A stretch of DNA of 64,000 nt from Octopus sinensis (GCF_006345805.1 NC_043001.1:6138001-6202000), one strand, 5' to 3'. Positions 35,823 through 51,704 are shown, numbered from the stretch's first letter. Translations and numbers: made by a program. The notes: generated from the letters alone by a model not told the origin.

Positions 35823-38461
35823 GTGTGTGTGTGTGTGTGTGTATGTGTGTGTGTGTGTATGTTTTACGAACAATTAACGCCCGACTGAAAAAGTAATATA
35901 TTGCTGTGAATTGAGAACAAAATATAGATTAACAAGAAATAATATACAGAAGGATTATTGATCCTAATTTGGTGCCATTTCTATCAGGAGATACATTTGT
36001 ATCGAATAAATTTTGAAATTCTTATTGGGTATGTTTGGTGAAGGATACTTTTTCACGTGCTTCCACCTGGGATCGGTAGGTGTTTATGTTGTTGTTGATG
36101 TTTTCACCGATGTGTATCCTATTTGTGCATATTGCACCCATGCTGTCTCACAAAGAATTTCACATTTATGAGCGAATAAATACTTTACTTAGGAAATTTG
36201 AGAAAATACGTCGATTCCATTCATGGACAATTTATGTTATGATGTAACGACCTGAACATTTACATGGTCTCGTTGACTGAATTTCGGAAATGTTAAACAG
36301 AAATGTTGTCCGGCGGAAAATGTATATCTCCTTACAAGTTCCGGTAAACCAAGTATTACAGAATTAAAACCAGAGAATTTATATTTGTTCGGAGACAATC
36401 TGCTTGACAAAGTTTAATTTACAATTCGGAGGTGCTTTAAATGAATTTATCACTGATATGGAACAAGTTGACTTTCACAATGAGGACAAAGTCAGCAGAT
36501 ATATTAAATATAAAGCACATAAGGAGGATAAATGCTAACTTATGAAAGCTCAACCAAAACGAATTCAAAATAATTGTACCACGACTGTTCATACATATGG
36601 TTTAACTAATTAGACGCTATGTTTATGATAAGCTAATAATAAAACTAATAAAATAAATTTAGACTGGTTTAAGATGTGTGAAGAGAGATAAAATGTGATT
36701 ATCAATTTTGGTTCCCTTATTTTCGGTGATGCACTATTTTTATCAAGAATAAGGGATCGTTGATTCGAGCAGTATACAGATCTAGTAAAGCCCAACTCAG
36801 CTTTACCATTGGAGGTAAAGGTCTCGCAGGTTTTTGCCCGTCTAACGCATACACTTTGTAGGGATGAACAGAGGCATGTCTATTAGCCTTGCGTGTTGGG
36901 TACATAGCATGAAGCTGGAGGAAATAAGAGAGATGAATAAATAAATGACTGATGTCTATGGATGACGTTGGAATATGTCATGATTGTGGCACAGTCTTAC
37001 ACGCACGCTCGCGTGTATTCGTACGGGTGCATCTGCATGCCTGTGTGACTGCGTGTGTGCGAGTGATGCAATATTACAGTATCGGACACACATCAGATGC
37101 TGTCATACATCGCTAGTCACAATGCACTTCTAATTTTGTCTTCATTGCCTTTCAAGTGGTAGTTTTCCTCTCACTAGGATACAACTGGACAACTAACATG
37201 GCTCCATCTATTGTCTCTGACCCTTCTGACATGGCTGGCCATACGGATCTTGTGCTTTCACTACTGTTCGATCAATTTTTTCACTCCGCCCCATTAGCGA
37301 ATTGCAAGTAAGCTTTAATAATGTCTCGCTCAGTATAGTTCAATCCGTGGTCATTTGTACCGCAGCCAATGCATGTCTTCTCCTCTTCATAGCATCCCAT
37401 GCCTCTCTAGCATATCAGAGTGCATGACGTACGGTGTTATTGAAGAAACAGGCGTCCATGGCATTATCTCGCGTTCTTTTGAGCACTACTTCCTTTACTG
37501 AGTTAAGCGTCTTCCGTCCAGTCAATGTTTACCTGGAGATTTACCACCTAAAAGGTAATTAGGCATGCAAGCCTTACCGTGCTTCTTTTGTAACTACGTG
37601 GTTTCGGTTTCAGTCTCACTTTACTGAAAATTCTACTAGTGTCTTCTGCTTTCGCCGCGGGACGACCAATGAATTGTGATCAAATTTTATTGATGGATAA
37701 TGTGTGAAGTCCATAGAAAGAAAATGTGTGTATGTGTATATGTCTCTGTTGGTGCCTTTATATTGTTATTTTCTTCACAGCTAATGCTGGTTGCTATATG
37801 TCTACATCACAAAGCTGGTCATCACACGTGATGATAGTATTCTGCTTACATCTCGGCGGACAGTTTTCTTTAGAATAGAACAAAAATAAGGTTATATGCC
37901 ATTTACTCACACACACACATATATACATACGTAGTGGAGGCGCAATGACCCAGTGGTTTGGGAAGCTGACTCACCTATACTAAATTCGGTATGACGGTTT
38001 TTCATTACTCAATGGAGATCAAATTTTGGCTCTTGCACATTACCCCGCCCTATACGATCCTTCTGGGGGGGGGGGTTATTTGTATGTATTTTTTATTTAT
38101 TTATTTATTTATTTATTTGTTTAGCGCATTCCTATGTCTTCGACGACGGAGATTCCGAATATGCAAAACACCATGTTTTCAAAACTTTTAATTTACCATT
38201 TCCTACAAATATTTAATTTTTAATGTGAAACCCCTGACAAAAAACAATTAGGTGGTAGATCCGAGGTGTACCAAAATACACATCTACCATTCAATTAACA
38301 GTTCGTAATTGTCGCAGCAGTTGGTTAATTCAGATTGCATACGAATATACAGATGTACTTACAAAGCTTTAAAATATACTCCACAAATGTTTTGTTGTTA
38401 ATGCCACCCCAATCCGTTGTCTAAAACATATATATATATATATATATATAATATATATATA

Positions 38462-38502
<41 letters not shown>

Positions 38503-38647
38503 TATATATATAAGAGATAATGTTATCATTGAGACCCAAAGGTGTCAGGTAATGCTGAATATGTGCTATAGACAGACCATAGTTAAGTTCCAGATTCGGT
38601 AATATTGCGAATAATGAGTTCAACTTTAGTTCTATGTCAGTGTGTGT

Positions 38648-38890
38648 ATATGAGAATTTTTTGCGTAATGTGATAAAAACCCATGGCTGTATAGATATTA
38701 GAGCATTTATAGATAGAAGTTCTTACAGCTGTTTCTAGGATATCAATTAATAATATCCCCGCGTCTCCGATGAAGGGATATTACTAATTAATATCCTAGA
38801 AACATCTGTAAGACCTACCTAGAAAGTGCTCTAATATCTATACAGCCTTGCTTTTTTTATCTTATTACGCAAAAAATTCTAATATATATA
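38648..38890. mobile_element. ~240-bp imperfect palindrome (head-to-head PLE-type remnant)
   Basis: 38653-38758 is the reverse complement of ~38775-38880; the right arm ends in TA. Confidence 0.8.
38763..38814 (+). ncRNA. Type I hammerhead, core CCGAUGA
   Basis: gtct-CCGATGA-a-gggatatt actaatt aatatcct-a-GAAAC-atct-GTA-agac; the mirror arm has palindromic ACAGCTGT. Confidence 0.7.
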
Positions 38891-38914
38891 TATATTCAAA
38901 CTATATCATTATTA

Positions 38915-38945
38915 ATACCGAGCAACGCCGGGTTTCTTTGCTAGT
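38915..38945 (+). mobile_element. Helitron-like 3' terminus
   Basis: GC-rich hairpin ccgagcaacgccgg followed about 10 nt later by CTAG-T. Confidence 0.5.
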
Positions 38946-41615
38946 ATATAATAAATATATGCTGATAAATAAAACTAGCATTAAACTAATTATAAACACA
39001 TTGCCTAAGAGACCATTGTAGCCAATATTCATAGAAAAGTGGATTTCGTAATTTTGTCCTTATTTTTATGCTGATATTGAAGTATATGCATGTGTTGCTT
39101 TTTCATGGAAATGTTCTTTTTCGTAATTTTTTTTTTACTTTTCGTAGACACAAACAAATTTGATTCCTACACGGATTTCGATCTTTTACCTTGATTTTTC
39201 TTTATTTACTGCTGACGATATGTTTTCCAATATATTACATTATTGTTGGTCATACATTTACTAGTTTTATGGATTTAATAGTCCACTTCTCTGCAGTAGT
39301 GTCTTTCGCTATTTTGAGTCTCTGGAAATATTCGTCCGAGAAATGGTGGAAAGAAACCAAGAAGAGACACAAAACTAATAAACTGGGCGTGAAAGTAATC
39401 AGGCATGTTAGATTGAAAATTTACAAGAACAATTTATACTGTTAAAATATATATTTGTTGGAAACATAATTGTATAATTGAACAGAAAAAAAAATAATAG
39501 AAAACCTGGAAACAGAACAATAAGGACAATAAAAACAGCAAGTATCTAAAAATGGAAACAAAAACTTAGAATAAATAATATAAATAGAGAATGATGCGAA
39601 AATTGGAATTAAAATATATACTTGAGTTAAATTGTTCCTTGGTATTAATGCTTGCAAATTGTCACGAAATGAATCTGTTATTTTCTAAATAATATGAAAT
39701 AAATGAAATTGCGTATTTCGCTGTTTATAATGACTCATTTTGTAATGATTAACAATTGATTGCATGTACGCAATTTCAGAATTTATAATTGGTAATTTAA
39801 CAAAAATTCCTAGAAGAATATACTTCGTTATTCGAAGGAAATGCAATTAAGTAATTTGCAGTAATTCAATATTTCATTATCATATTGCATGTTATAGGAA
39901 ATAATGATTTCTAAACGAGAAATGCTATCTCACATTTTGCATTCTATTGTAGATCTGATTATAACAACGACGGTGTTGACTGATATGTATTGTACAGGGC
40001 CCCAGAAAAAAAATACTGAAAATTAATATTATTCGGCCCGTCGTCATGCGAAAGCATGCATGGTGTTGGTAAATACCTCACGAAGCATTGTCGCCGTTAT
40101 TTAATTTCTTCGAATTGCTTCATTAACAACCGTCTTCTTTGTAATATAAGACTGTAATTAACTAAGTTTTTGCCAGCGGTACAGAGCATTTATTTCCATC
40201 TGTCGTTGAGGTCATTTGAACAGAAAAATTACCATCTAGATCATGAGCATCCTTATTGAGCGAGGCTATATGATCTTTGCGTTTGAATAAAATTTCTTCC
40301 TAAGGCCTGTTATAAGTACAACATCATTTCTATTATTCTGCCCCCTCTTGTCATCAGAGGAAAACGATAAATCATATTTCTCAGTTATCTTTCATTTAGC
40401 CAATAACGAAATTCATTTCTTTCCATGCGCAATGATCTTCACATGAGATGTAGTAATTGGCACGATGCCGCCGGCAAACGTGAAGGCATTGGCCCGGGGT
40501 ATATATATATAGCAAGGATATAATTCTGTACAATCATATATCAGAAAAGCAACTTCATATGGATTGAGGAATATAAGTTGGCTGGAAGAAAATAGATTTA
40601 AAAAGAAGACCTCATAGCACGATGATGTTGGAAGATAAGCCTGGAAGGAATTTGTGGTAAACCGTTTCATTTCCTTCGAATAACGATACTCTTCTAGGAG
40701 CTTTTGCTAAATTCCCGATAACAATGTGAATTTTACGTGGATTAGGAAAGCTAACATATTTGCTATTGTTCAAGTTCTTTATGTAACGTACTTAATTTCG
40801 ATTCAGTAAAACTTTGCGTATTTTTGCAAGAGGAAAGAACATTTCTCCGCAAAAGATAGTGTATGCCACATAACGTTGAAACTATATATGATACAGAAAC
40901 CTATCAAGCTGACTAGTAAATTTTGAGAAACAATCATTCTCTTTTTATCTGGTTTTATACAAAATTCGTCGATCCTAAGATGTGTTTGTGAAGAGAAGGA
41001 TTATTTCCTTTTCTAAATATCTAAAATAAACATTTAACAGTTGAAATGTATTTAGTAATATTTATGGATTTAGTAATATATTTCAAACCAATGAATATTA
41101 AAAATATTGTAATATATCACCGCCATTTAATCGCAAACATTGACTGGCCCTTCAATATATCTTTGATGTTTTTCCGGCAAACATCTAAAAGATTAAATAT
41201 CAAATACAAATGTTTTGTTCATCGTTTTATGTCTCACACCTACAATGAATATGTATTAAAGGAGAATATATATTTTATTTGGATCGAACCAATTAGCGGT
41301 AGATTTTAAATAAAAAAAAACACAAACTTCGAAGCATTTATTAACAATTTGTATTCATAGAATTCTATTTGCGGTGATAAATGTAACGCATATAGGATTC
41401 AAATAAATTTTGATAATAATGAATAAATTCTTTTGCATATCGTAAATTATACAAACTTATTTTGTGCACAGCACAAAAAATGGTACAATTTGAATGGCTA
41501 TGATATTAAGAAATCAGGTGATACTGCGTATATGGCACTTTCTCCTATAGAGGTTTTGTGTGTACAAATCTCTCTCTCTCTCTCTCTCTCCTTTATATAT
41601 AATATATATATATAT

Positions 41616-41664
<49 letters not shown>

Positions 41665-41889
41665 TGTATGTATGTATATATACAGAGACAAACACACAGA
41701 TAGACAGAGAGACACAAAGAGATGCTCTAGATGTAAAGGGCTTTGGGGTTATATTCTCTTACGCCTATTAAACGCAGCCACCCGTCAAACTTACAACACA
41801 TACACATCGTGTGTGTGTGTGTCCGACTTTGTTTATATAGCCCGAACTGCTACTAATTCAATTTCAGCACACAAACACACACACACACA

Positions 41890-41935
<46 letters not shown>

Positions 41936-41936
41936 T

Positions 41937-41991
<55 letters not shown>

Positions 41992-42017
41992 TATATATAC
42001 TTATATATATATATATT

Positions 42018-42048
<31 letters not shown>

Positions 42049-42066
42049 ACATACATATATGGTTAC

Positions 42067-42101
<35 letters not shown>

Positions 42102-44014
42102 CATGCAATAATTTGGAATGCTCCTACAAACATTACATGAGTTACGGAAATTATTCTTAGTGAGATGCGGTTTTCACGTTCGTTCCTAATGACATTCAAA
42201 TCTCCTTTATTTTGAACTTGTAAACTAAGAAAGGGACGTTTTGCAAACTCGTACCAGAGTGATTTGTTGAATGCTCTTCTTTTCTTTGAAGACAGGAATC
42301 TAACAAAAAACAGGGAATCAAATGAAACAGCAAAAACACAGTGAGACTGTCATGTGACGGTCGTTTCTTGACTGTGATATGGAGGGCAATAGGTTTCTCG
42401 TATAATTGTTATATCGATAACCTCTAACTTCATACGATTAATAGAACTCACACGAAAATTTCATCCAACTAGTATGTATGAAGGAAAACACTGATATTTT
42501 GCCTCGAGATAGACGGAGAACTTCTGAAAGCAGACGGGCTAATGTAACGACCAAAAAGTCAGATATAGTCTATTTATGGTACATCAATTCGATTCTAGGT
42601 TATCTTTCAACACGAATTAGACGTAGATTTTATTCTCATCAGTCTTTGAAACACTAATTTAAATAACTCGATTAATTTTGAATATTACTCTGAACTACAA
42701 ACAATTTCGTTACGCGGCATTTCGCTTTAGGGAAAATACACATAGCACAATGCGCATTTCATTTTCCGCGCTATGATTAATATCAGAGTGGACATTTTAT
42801 TTGCAACTGATATTTAACTTTCAAATCAACAGTTCTTAATAGTGTGTGTTCGTTGTTTTGCTTTCTTTTTCTATTCCTGTTAACCAGCATTAAAATGAAC
42901 TGCATTCATCCCTTAAAACATCATTACTGAGAAACGAAATGCTCAGCTATAATTTCAATAAACGGTTTTTAGTTTTTGTATTTTTATTAGTTAAAAGCAA
43001 TGTGATATTTTTGTGTTGTTACAATTGTATTAGTTTGTAGAAGGCGTGAAGCTCTACCTGTTTGCGGAGAAAGCAAGTGTTTTCGACATTCTCAGGGGAA
43101 ATTCGAGAGCAGAATCTAGGGTCCTTTTCATTAATAAATGTTATATTGTGTAGCAGAAAAATACATGTGGACATGAGTGGTTAATATATTACTAATCATG
43201 ATTAGGAGAAAATCATAGAATAAAGGGAAAAGGACAAGAAAATAGGTGAGGTGCTAGTAACGCTGTGAACTACTAGCTGCTGTGTTTTGATGATTTAGTA
43301 GATGCTCGTGAAAAGGAAAACCCTCGTCGGAGAAGCATACGATTTCTCGTTCTGCACCAACCGAGGAGTCACGAAACTTGCAGAAGTCCTGTATTCTATG
43401 TAACAAATAAGTTTTTATAAGCTAAGCAGGTCTGAAATGCTTTGTATCCCTCCCTGATGAGGTTCATACTTTGATGACTAGATTACATTTCAAATTATTT
43501 TCACATATGCGTTACATATGACGACTTACAGTTATATGCGCTCTTACACACGCAGACAAGGCGTGGAATACAGAAATGCACAACATGTGTGTGGGGGGAA
43601 ACACATACAAATACACGATCTCAAACTTACATATTTTCCCAAGAATCACAAGGAAAACCATGTTAGCTATTCAATGTGGATATTTGCGAGTTTTTGTGCG
43701 CGTATGTGTTCGTGTGTGCATGTATGTGAGTGTATTTGTGTATGTAAGTGTTATTGTCGGGTTATAAATATGAAATTAATCTGCCGGACAAAATACCTCC
43801 TACTATGTTCAATGTTGGATTAAGACGACATTATTCAGTCTCCCAAACTCGAGTATCATCAACAAACTACAGACAGGTTTATTTCAAGCGCTTAGTTACA
43901 GGGACAAAAAAAAAAAACACAGGTTGTCAAGGAATTGGTCGTTGTCACTCTCCAAGGTGGCGCACAATGGGACTAAATCTGAAAATATTTGCTTTGCATG
44001 CGTGCTTCCTTATA

Positions 44015-44059
<45 letters not shown>

Positions 44060-44179
44060 ATCTATATATATATATGCTAATATATATATATATATATATA
44101 TATACCGCAGAGAGAGAGAGAGAGAAAGAGAGAGAGTGAAAAAGAGACAAAAAGGGAAAAGCAGAGGCAAGTAGATGGG

Positions 44180-44182
44180 TAC

Positions 44183-44262
<80 letters not shown>

Positions 44263-44515
44263 GTAGATAGATAGATACGTACATACATACATACTTACAT
44301 ACATACATACATACATGCATACAAACATACTTACATACAAACATACATACATACATACATACATTCATACATACATACATACATACATACATACAACATA
44401 CATACATACATACATGCATACATACATACATACATACATACATACATACATACATACATACATACATACATACATACATACATACATACATACATACATA
44501 CATTCATACATACAT
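44180..44515. repeat. (GATA)n-(CATA)n microsatellite
   Basis: Read directly from the sequence. Confidence 0.95.
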
Positions 44516-45139
44516 AGAGAGACGGACGGACGGATGAACGGACGAATGAATGGATGGATAAATAATGTAACGAATAAAAAACGTTATTTCTCTACATTCT
44601 ATTGTAAAACAGCGAATTCCTTTCATATGCTCATCGTGTAGAGTTTTTTTCGTCGAAATATTTGGTCAGAAGGACTCCGAAATATTGAAAGAAACGGTAC
44701 AGACATTGTAACTTTTCCTAATAGAACGCTATTAATAACACCTAATTCTAAATACATCAACCATTTTAGTTAGTAGTCTAACTTAGTTGTAACTGCGAAG
44801 TGTGTACTGATTGCGAGTGAGTTCCATACTCGAGGATGTAAATTCAGGTACCTAAAATACGTACGTGATTTCAACGCCATACAAGTGAGAAAGGATAATT
44901 CAATCAATTAAATCGTATTTCACATAATTAGCTTCCTAAATCTCCAGCGTTTTACCAGATCGGTCGAATAGATTTCATGACACTTTTCACTTCTGCAGCT
45001 CTGCTGTTGATTCAGAACAATATGCACAGTTAATAGATGTACACTGCACTGGAATAAAATGTGGGGATACTTTTGCTCTTTGAAATTTCTATCAAGATCA
45101 TGATGACTAATACACACAGTCTGAAAGCATACGGACATA

Positions 45140-45620
45140 CATACATACATACGTACATACATGCACACATGTGTGCATCCATGCATAAAATGCAAGCATA
45201 GATAGATACATGCATAAACACATACAAGCATACAAACATAGAGGCAAAATATATACATGAATACATACATAGGTGTATACATCAACAGATGCAGGCATAC
45301 TTATATACAAGCATGTAAGCATGAGTACATACATAATACATACATGCAGGCATACATGCATACATCCATGCATGCATGCATACATACATATATGCATTCA
45401 TACATACATGAATGCCTACATACGTTTATAAATGCACACATACCTGAATATGCATACATAGATGTATACGTACAAACATGCATGCAATCAAGAATACCTG
45501 CATACAAGAATGCATACATCTTTACATACATCCGTACTTACAGGCAAACATACACGCATACATGCATACATGAATACATATATGCATGCATAGATATATA
45601 TGTACATACATGCATAGGAA
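45140..45620. repeat. Degenerate CATA/CATG low-complexity tract
   Basis: Read directly from the sequence. Confidence 0.8.
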
Positions 45621-45805
45621 TTGGCGTAACAGAGAGGTGAAGCGATTACTAGCCAAAGACATTACCCTGGCACCGGTCGTACTTCTTGAATCCTCGTGCA
45701 AATGGCTTCAACTATTGTGTTGGGTCTTTGTGCTGGGTTTATTGTGCTGGGTCCTTACAATTATTATCATAATTTTTTTATTATTATTTTTATTATTATT
45801 ATTAC

Positions 45806-46607
45806 TTTTTTTTTCTTCTTTCAAATTTGCTTCCATTTCTTGCCGAGTGTCTTACCGACTCCTAGGGCAAAGAAACTCATAGTATATATTGGTAGGCCAT
45901 TAAACCAAACTCAATAGTTCGTTCATTTTTTTTATTTTTTTTATTTTTTAAGTTAAATTAAAATACATGAGCAGCAACTGTTCTCACATCGACAATGCTC
46001 TTCTCAATACGTGTGATGTACCAGTTAAGACAATCTTTTGCACTTCTTGCAGGGATGGTAAGCCAGGGATCATTCTCATATAATTTTCGGTTCCGTTCTT
46101 GATCATTCCTAGTGCTCCTACGATCACTGGTATTGTAACCGCCTTGAGATGCCACATTTCCTCAATTTCAATGAGTAGGACTTTATATTTTCTTTCGCTG
46201 AGATATTATGATCACAGGGGATGCTCATGTCGATCAATAAGCAAACTTTATTGTTTTGGTCTTTCACAACAATATCTGGTTTATTGGCCTTGATGGTTCG
46301 GTCTGTATGTATTATGTATTGGAAAGTCCCACAGAATGGTTACATTTTCTCCTTCAGTTACAGCCTCAGGGTGGTGATTATACCACTTGTCGGTAGTTTT
46401 GATATTGTAATGCCGACTTATTAGCCAGTGTAGATATTGGCCAACTCTGTCATGTCTTAATTTATACTCCACTGGAGCTAAGACTTTACATCCAGAGATT
46501 AGGTGGTCCACTGTTTCAATCATGTCGTTGCAGAATCGGCATTTTGGGTCTGCTCCATTTTTCATCACATTGGCCTGGTAGTTCCGGGTTAATAGGCTTT
46601 GATCTTT
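45806..46607 (-). mobile_element. Dong/R4-clade LINE, 5'-truncated (CCHC finger + restriction-like endonuclease), pseudogenised
   Basis: LLTRNYQANVMKNGADPKCRFCNDMIETVDHLISGC...RHDRV...ILWDFPIH/DRTIKANKPDIVVKD...LLIDMSIP; A-rich 3' end; (TAA)n on both sides. Confidence 0.85.
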
Positions 46608-47022
<415 letters not shown>

Positions 47023-47472
47023 ATTACCAACAAGATACACCCGAGAAGAGGCGAAGGAAGTAAATAACTCAGATCATTGTAGATTACCTTCAAAATAGTG
47101 TATAGTATCATGGTAGGAAAACCTTGCAACATAACATGAGTAAAAATGAATTTATATACTTAGGGATGAAAAGCAAAGACATCATGATGCTATGGGTCGA
47201 GAGCAAGCTTCTCATGGAGTAATTTCCTCCTGATGATCTCCCGTACAACTGGACTGCGACTTGATGTCAAACACTCAGCATATCAAAGAATCCTGTTCAT
47301 GGGTAAGTTTCCTGAAGAGATGAAAGGTCTTAACTTGATGTGTGGCGTAATTTGCATCCTTGACCGAGTTATCACTTTTTATGAAGTTGAAATGAAATGT
47401 ATGAGGAATTAATGAGGACAGATTTAGAGCGAAACATATTTTTGCTGTCTTTCGTATTAGGTTAAAAAGAAA

Positions 47473-47830
47473 TTAGTTAGTTAGTTAGTTAGTTAATTTG
47501 GCTCAAAAGCAAATAGCAAGCCATGTAGGGGGACACGGAGTTAAGTACAGGGTGGTGTTCATGTAAAGAGTTCAGGCCACTTGAGGTCCAGGGAGGCTTT
47601 GAACAAAGCGGTCGTCGGCATCTTCACCATCTCGTCTGGCAGCTTTTTCCACGGATCCGCAACCCGGACGGAGAAAGCTCCTCTCCTTCGATTGAGATGA
47701 AATCGTCGCAGGTAGAGCTTTTCGGAATGACCCCGCAGCCGACGCTCTGGAGCAGGAGTGAAGAACAGCTCTTTCGAGAGGTTACACTTTCCGCTTATGA
47801 TGTTGTGGGCGAGAATGAGATCACCACGAG
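47473..47830 (-). mobile_element. CR1-clade LINE 3' end with (AACT)n tail
   Basis: RGDLILAHNIISGKCNLSKELFFTPAPERRLRGHSEKLYLRRFHLNRRRGAFSVRVADPWKKLP...FKASLDLKWPELFT*; stop at 47559-61. Confidence 0.88.
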
Positions 47831-48378
47831 ATATTTAAACGTTATACATCATAAATTTTGTCTTTCTTCTCATTCTTTTATTATATCCTACTTTTATTAC
47901 GTATATTACGTATAGAAGTTCTCTGATGGATAACATCAGTAGAAAATATTTTAAAAAAAATATTAAGAGTATAGAATAAATCCGATCTACACTAGTATTA
48001 GATAGTATAGCTCTGCCCACAAAGGCGATTTTTAGACAAACGAGGATATATTAAGCGAAGAATTGGTGCTGCGTGTGTACATATAATGTTTTAAAGGAGT
48101 AGAAACATAAACAATGGATTTAAAACACTATCAATACTCTCGTGATATTGTTTTTTGAAACAATATCTCGAATTGTAATACACAATGTTCAAAGTTTATA
48201 TTCGATACAAAGGGAAGGATTGGAATAAATTAGCTCATATTTCTTGCAGTTGAAATATAAATATACGTTTCATTCGTCTACACATCTGTGTGCATAACAA
48301 AGATGTCCCAGTAAATATACAGAATAATACATACATATATATATATTTATACATATATATATATACAGTATATATATG

Positions 48379-48417
<39 letters not shown>

Positions 48418-48462
48418 TATATATATAATATATATATATTTATATACATACATATATATATA

Positions 48463-48522
<60 letters not shown>

Positions 48523-48529
48523 ATATATA

Positions 48530-48567
<38 letters not shown>

Positions 48568-48572
48568 TATAG

Positions 48573-48604
<32 letters not shown>

Positions 48605-48835
48605 TATATTATATTATATATATAATATATCTATATATATATTTATATACATACATATATATATATATACATATACATATATACATATGGAAATATTGAT
48701 ATTTATGTATATGCACACATACATTCATACACGTCCACCTAGGTTTATGAACATATAAATGCATACCCACTATATTTATGAATATATAAATATGCATATA
48801 CATATATACACGCACACAAACACACACATATATAT

Positions 48836-49345
48836 GTGGTGGCTACCCCTCTTTATTGAGTATGGCCATTGCACGAAGCTTAATCGTGCAATGCCTGTGC
48901 AAGATGTTTTTTAAAGTGAGGAATGCTGTGTACTGAGTCAATCCTACTCACTAAGCAACATCAGCCATAATCCGAAAAGAAGAACAAGCCAGCATCATCA
49001 GTAACCACTGAGCCGCAGGTTTTATGTCGAAGTTATCCCAGTTACCTGAGTTACCTTCTCCTAGAAGGATGCCCTAACAAAGGCTAGGAGTCCTTCACTC
49101 CCAATGGTTTAACCGCGCTATCGGGTATTCAGTCCGATTATTTCTATTTCCTCTCGCATGCCTTAAGACGCCTATTGGGTGGCCGTTGACTCTCAAGAGT
49201 TCCTCCGCCCTTTGACGGATTTTGTTTTTCACCCCACAGGGTGTCCAATAAGCACCCTCCTCACCAAGCAAGCTTGGTGGGGTTGCTGGTTTAGTAGCCA
49301 ACGACCCCACAGATTGTACTGGGTTAAATGTTACCGAGTAGCTCT
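48836..49345. mobile_element. GC-richer interspersed repeat, possibly an RTE-type LINE 5' region
   Basis: Recalled resemblance only (ccttctcctag...ggctagg, ggtggggttgctggtttagt...acgaccc); no coding motif seen. Confidence 0.3.
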
Positions 49346-49959
49346 CAAAAGTGACCTGACATAATATATATATATCCATATATGTATATACATATTTACA
49401 TAGATCTGCAATAAGGATTTCAGTTTCGTGACATGTGTCTGCTGTTATTTCAGACATTTGAGACGATATATAATAAAGTCTTGTTGTGCAACTCTTACGG
49501 GGTATCACTTCTACCAGTTTTCTATCTCATTTATCAACACTTTGCTTAATCAATACTCTTTAGAATTCTGTGTATCTCATATTAATTTCTTTCTCTAATC
49601 TGTAACCGTTAGAAGTATAATCAAGTTAATCTCAACTGGCTTTGCTATATTTAAGCGAAACTTATCGCAAACGTAAAACATTATCGGAATAATAAACCGC
49701 CAATGTCTGACTCATTGAAACGAGCTAATAAAATGCAATACAAACTGTGTCATAGTTCTTTGTGTTTGTACATTTGTAGTGATTAGTGTGTTAGTTACAT
49801 GATAGCATTCAATTTGCGGCAAAAGATCAAGAGAGGAAAGAATGAGACAGACGTGTGTGCGAGTGTGTGGGTTTATATATATACAAATATGCATATAAAT
49901 GCATACAAACACACACATATATATATGATATATATACACCCTCACAGTGGAACAGACAG

Positions 49960-50170
<211 letters not shown>

Positions 50171-50213
50171 TTTTCGTATAGATATTCATGCATGTTTTTA
50201 GATTCAGTTATCC

Positions 50214-50382
50214 TTTCTGCTCTAGGCTCAAGGCCTGAAATTTGGGAGACAGAGATTGTCTATATCATCGCTCCATTGGTCACCTGTACTTACTTTATCG
50301 ACACGGAATTCGAACTAAGATTTTAAAGGCGGACAAAATAACGCTAAGCATTTTGCCTGGCCAATTATGCCGGCTCACCGCC
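50214..50382 (-). mobile_element. Degenerate SINE with internal deletion
   Basis: Ends gctaagcattttgcctggc...ggctcaccgcc, the reverse complement of the 55623 SINE head. Confidence 0.65.
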
Positions 50383-51612
50383 ATATAATAATTTTAAAAA
50401 ATACAATAAAAACAATTTTACATTAATCCAGTTAGTCTAACATTTTGTAGAGTACGAATATATTATTTTCAGACAAGAATATTATTGACAGTGATTTCGA
50501 AGTTTAGGCTAGCCAGGATATTGTCGGACTGCAGTCTATCGATAATTTAGTATGCCGAATTTTCGAAATCGCTGTAAAATAACGTTCCTGTTTAAGGCGT
50601 TGGGCTGGCTGAACCGGAAGCAAACCTAGACATGCAATCTCCCAGGAAATTGCTGGTCTTGCACCAACATTTGAAAGCAACGATATTTCTGTTTAATGAT
50701 ATGTGTGTGTATGTGTGTGTGTGTGTGTGTGTATGTGTGTGTGAGAGAGAGACAGAGAGACAGAGAGTGCATGTGCGTACGAGCAGAAGCACATATGAAT
50801 ACGTACAAGTAATTCTGTTCAAGTTGTCTCATACACGTACTTCCATTCCACGTTAAATTGCCTCTTTTTTTTTCCTATGACACTTTAAAACATTCCTAAC
50901 CTTATATTCTTCCTTCCTGTGGCTCTCGGCATTCCAGGTGTTAATATTCGAGATCCTTACAATGTCCTATTATCATTGGATTGACGTGGAAATAAGATCT
51001 TTATCGTTCGTAAACGCAAGGCAATTATTACGTTAACACAGTAACTAAAGCTTTGTGTGTATGTGTGTATGTGTGAGTGCGTGCGTGAGTGTGTATGTGT
51101 GTGTGCATGTGTCTACGAAACTAGATATTTATCGCATTGCATGTATATATAATTCCGTGCTTGATATCAATTTTTCATAATTATAACCCTCGGGTACTAC
51201 TTATATCATGATTTCTTACCGTGTGATGGCAATCTAACTGACATAAGCTTATCACATACGGATAACGGAAACAAAATTGTATATAATTGGATTTCAACTG
51301 TGAGTTACAGGTTTCGTACAAAACTATATGAGGGTTCTGTAATATATAATAATAGATTTACTGAAAAGATTCATAGTAAATTGAGTATATGCAGAGTAAA
51401 ATAATAATATTTTCTAATCTGCACACAAGGCGCGAAACTTTTGGAGAGGTGGACAGTCGATTATATCGACCAGTGCGTAACTGGTACTTATTTAATCGAC
51501 CCCGAAAGGATGCGATTAAAACTCTTTACATCGGTTGTCAAGCGATGGGGGAAGTGGAAACGCAGGAACTCAAACACAGACAAACAGAACAAAAAAAATA
51601 TATGTGTATATG

Positions 51613-51669
<57 letters not shown>

Positions 51670-51672
51670 CAA

Positions 51673-51704
<32 letters not shown>

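Noticed and set aside
42610-42645. CTGATGA-gaat...attc on the minus strand
   Set aside because: Five extra bases before GAAA and no stem I/III.
43320-43480. CCGACGA (minus, 43324-30) and CTGATGA (plus, 43454-60)
   Set aside because: No correctly placed GAAA, stem III or stem I partner.
47240-47335. CTGATGA at ~47250 and CTGAAGA-gat-GAAAG-GTC at ~47312
   Set aside because: The first lacks GAAA; the second has no stem II or stem I.
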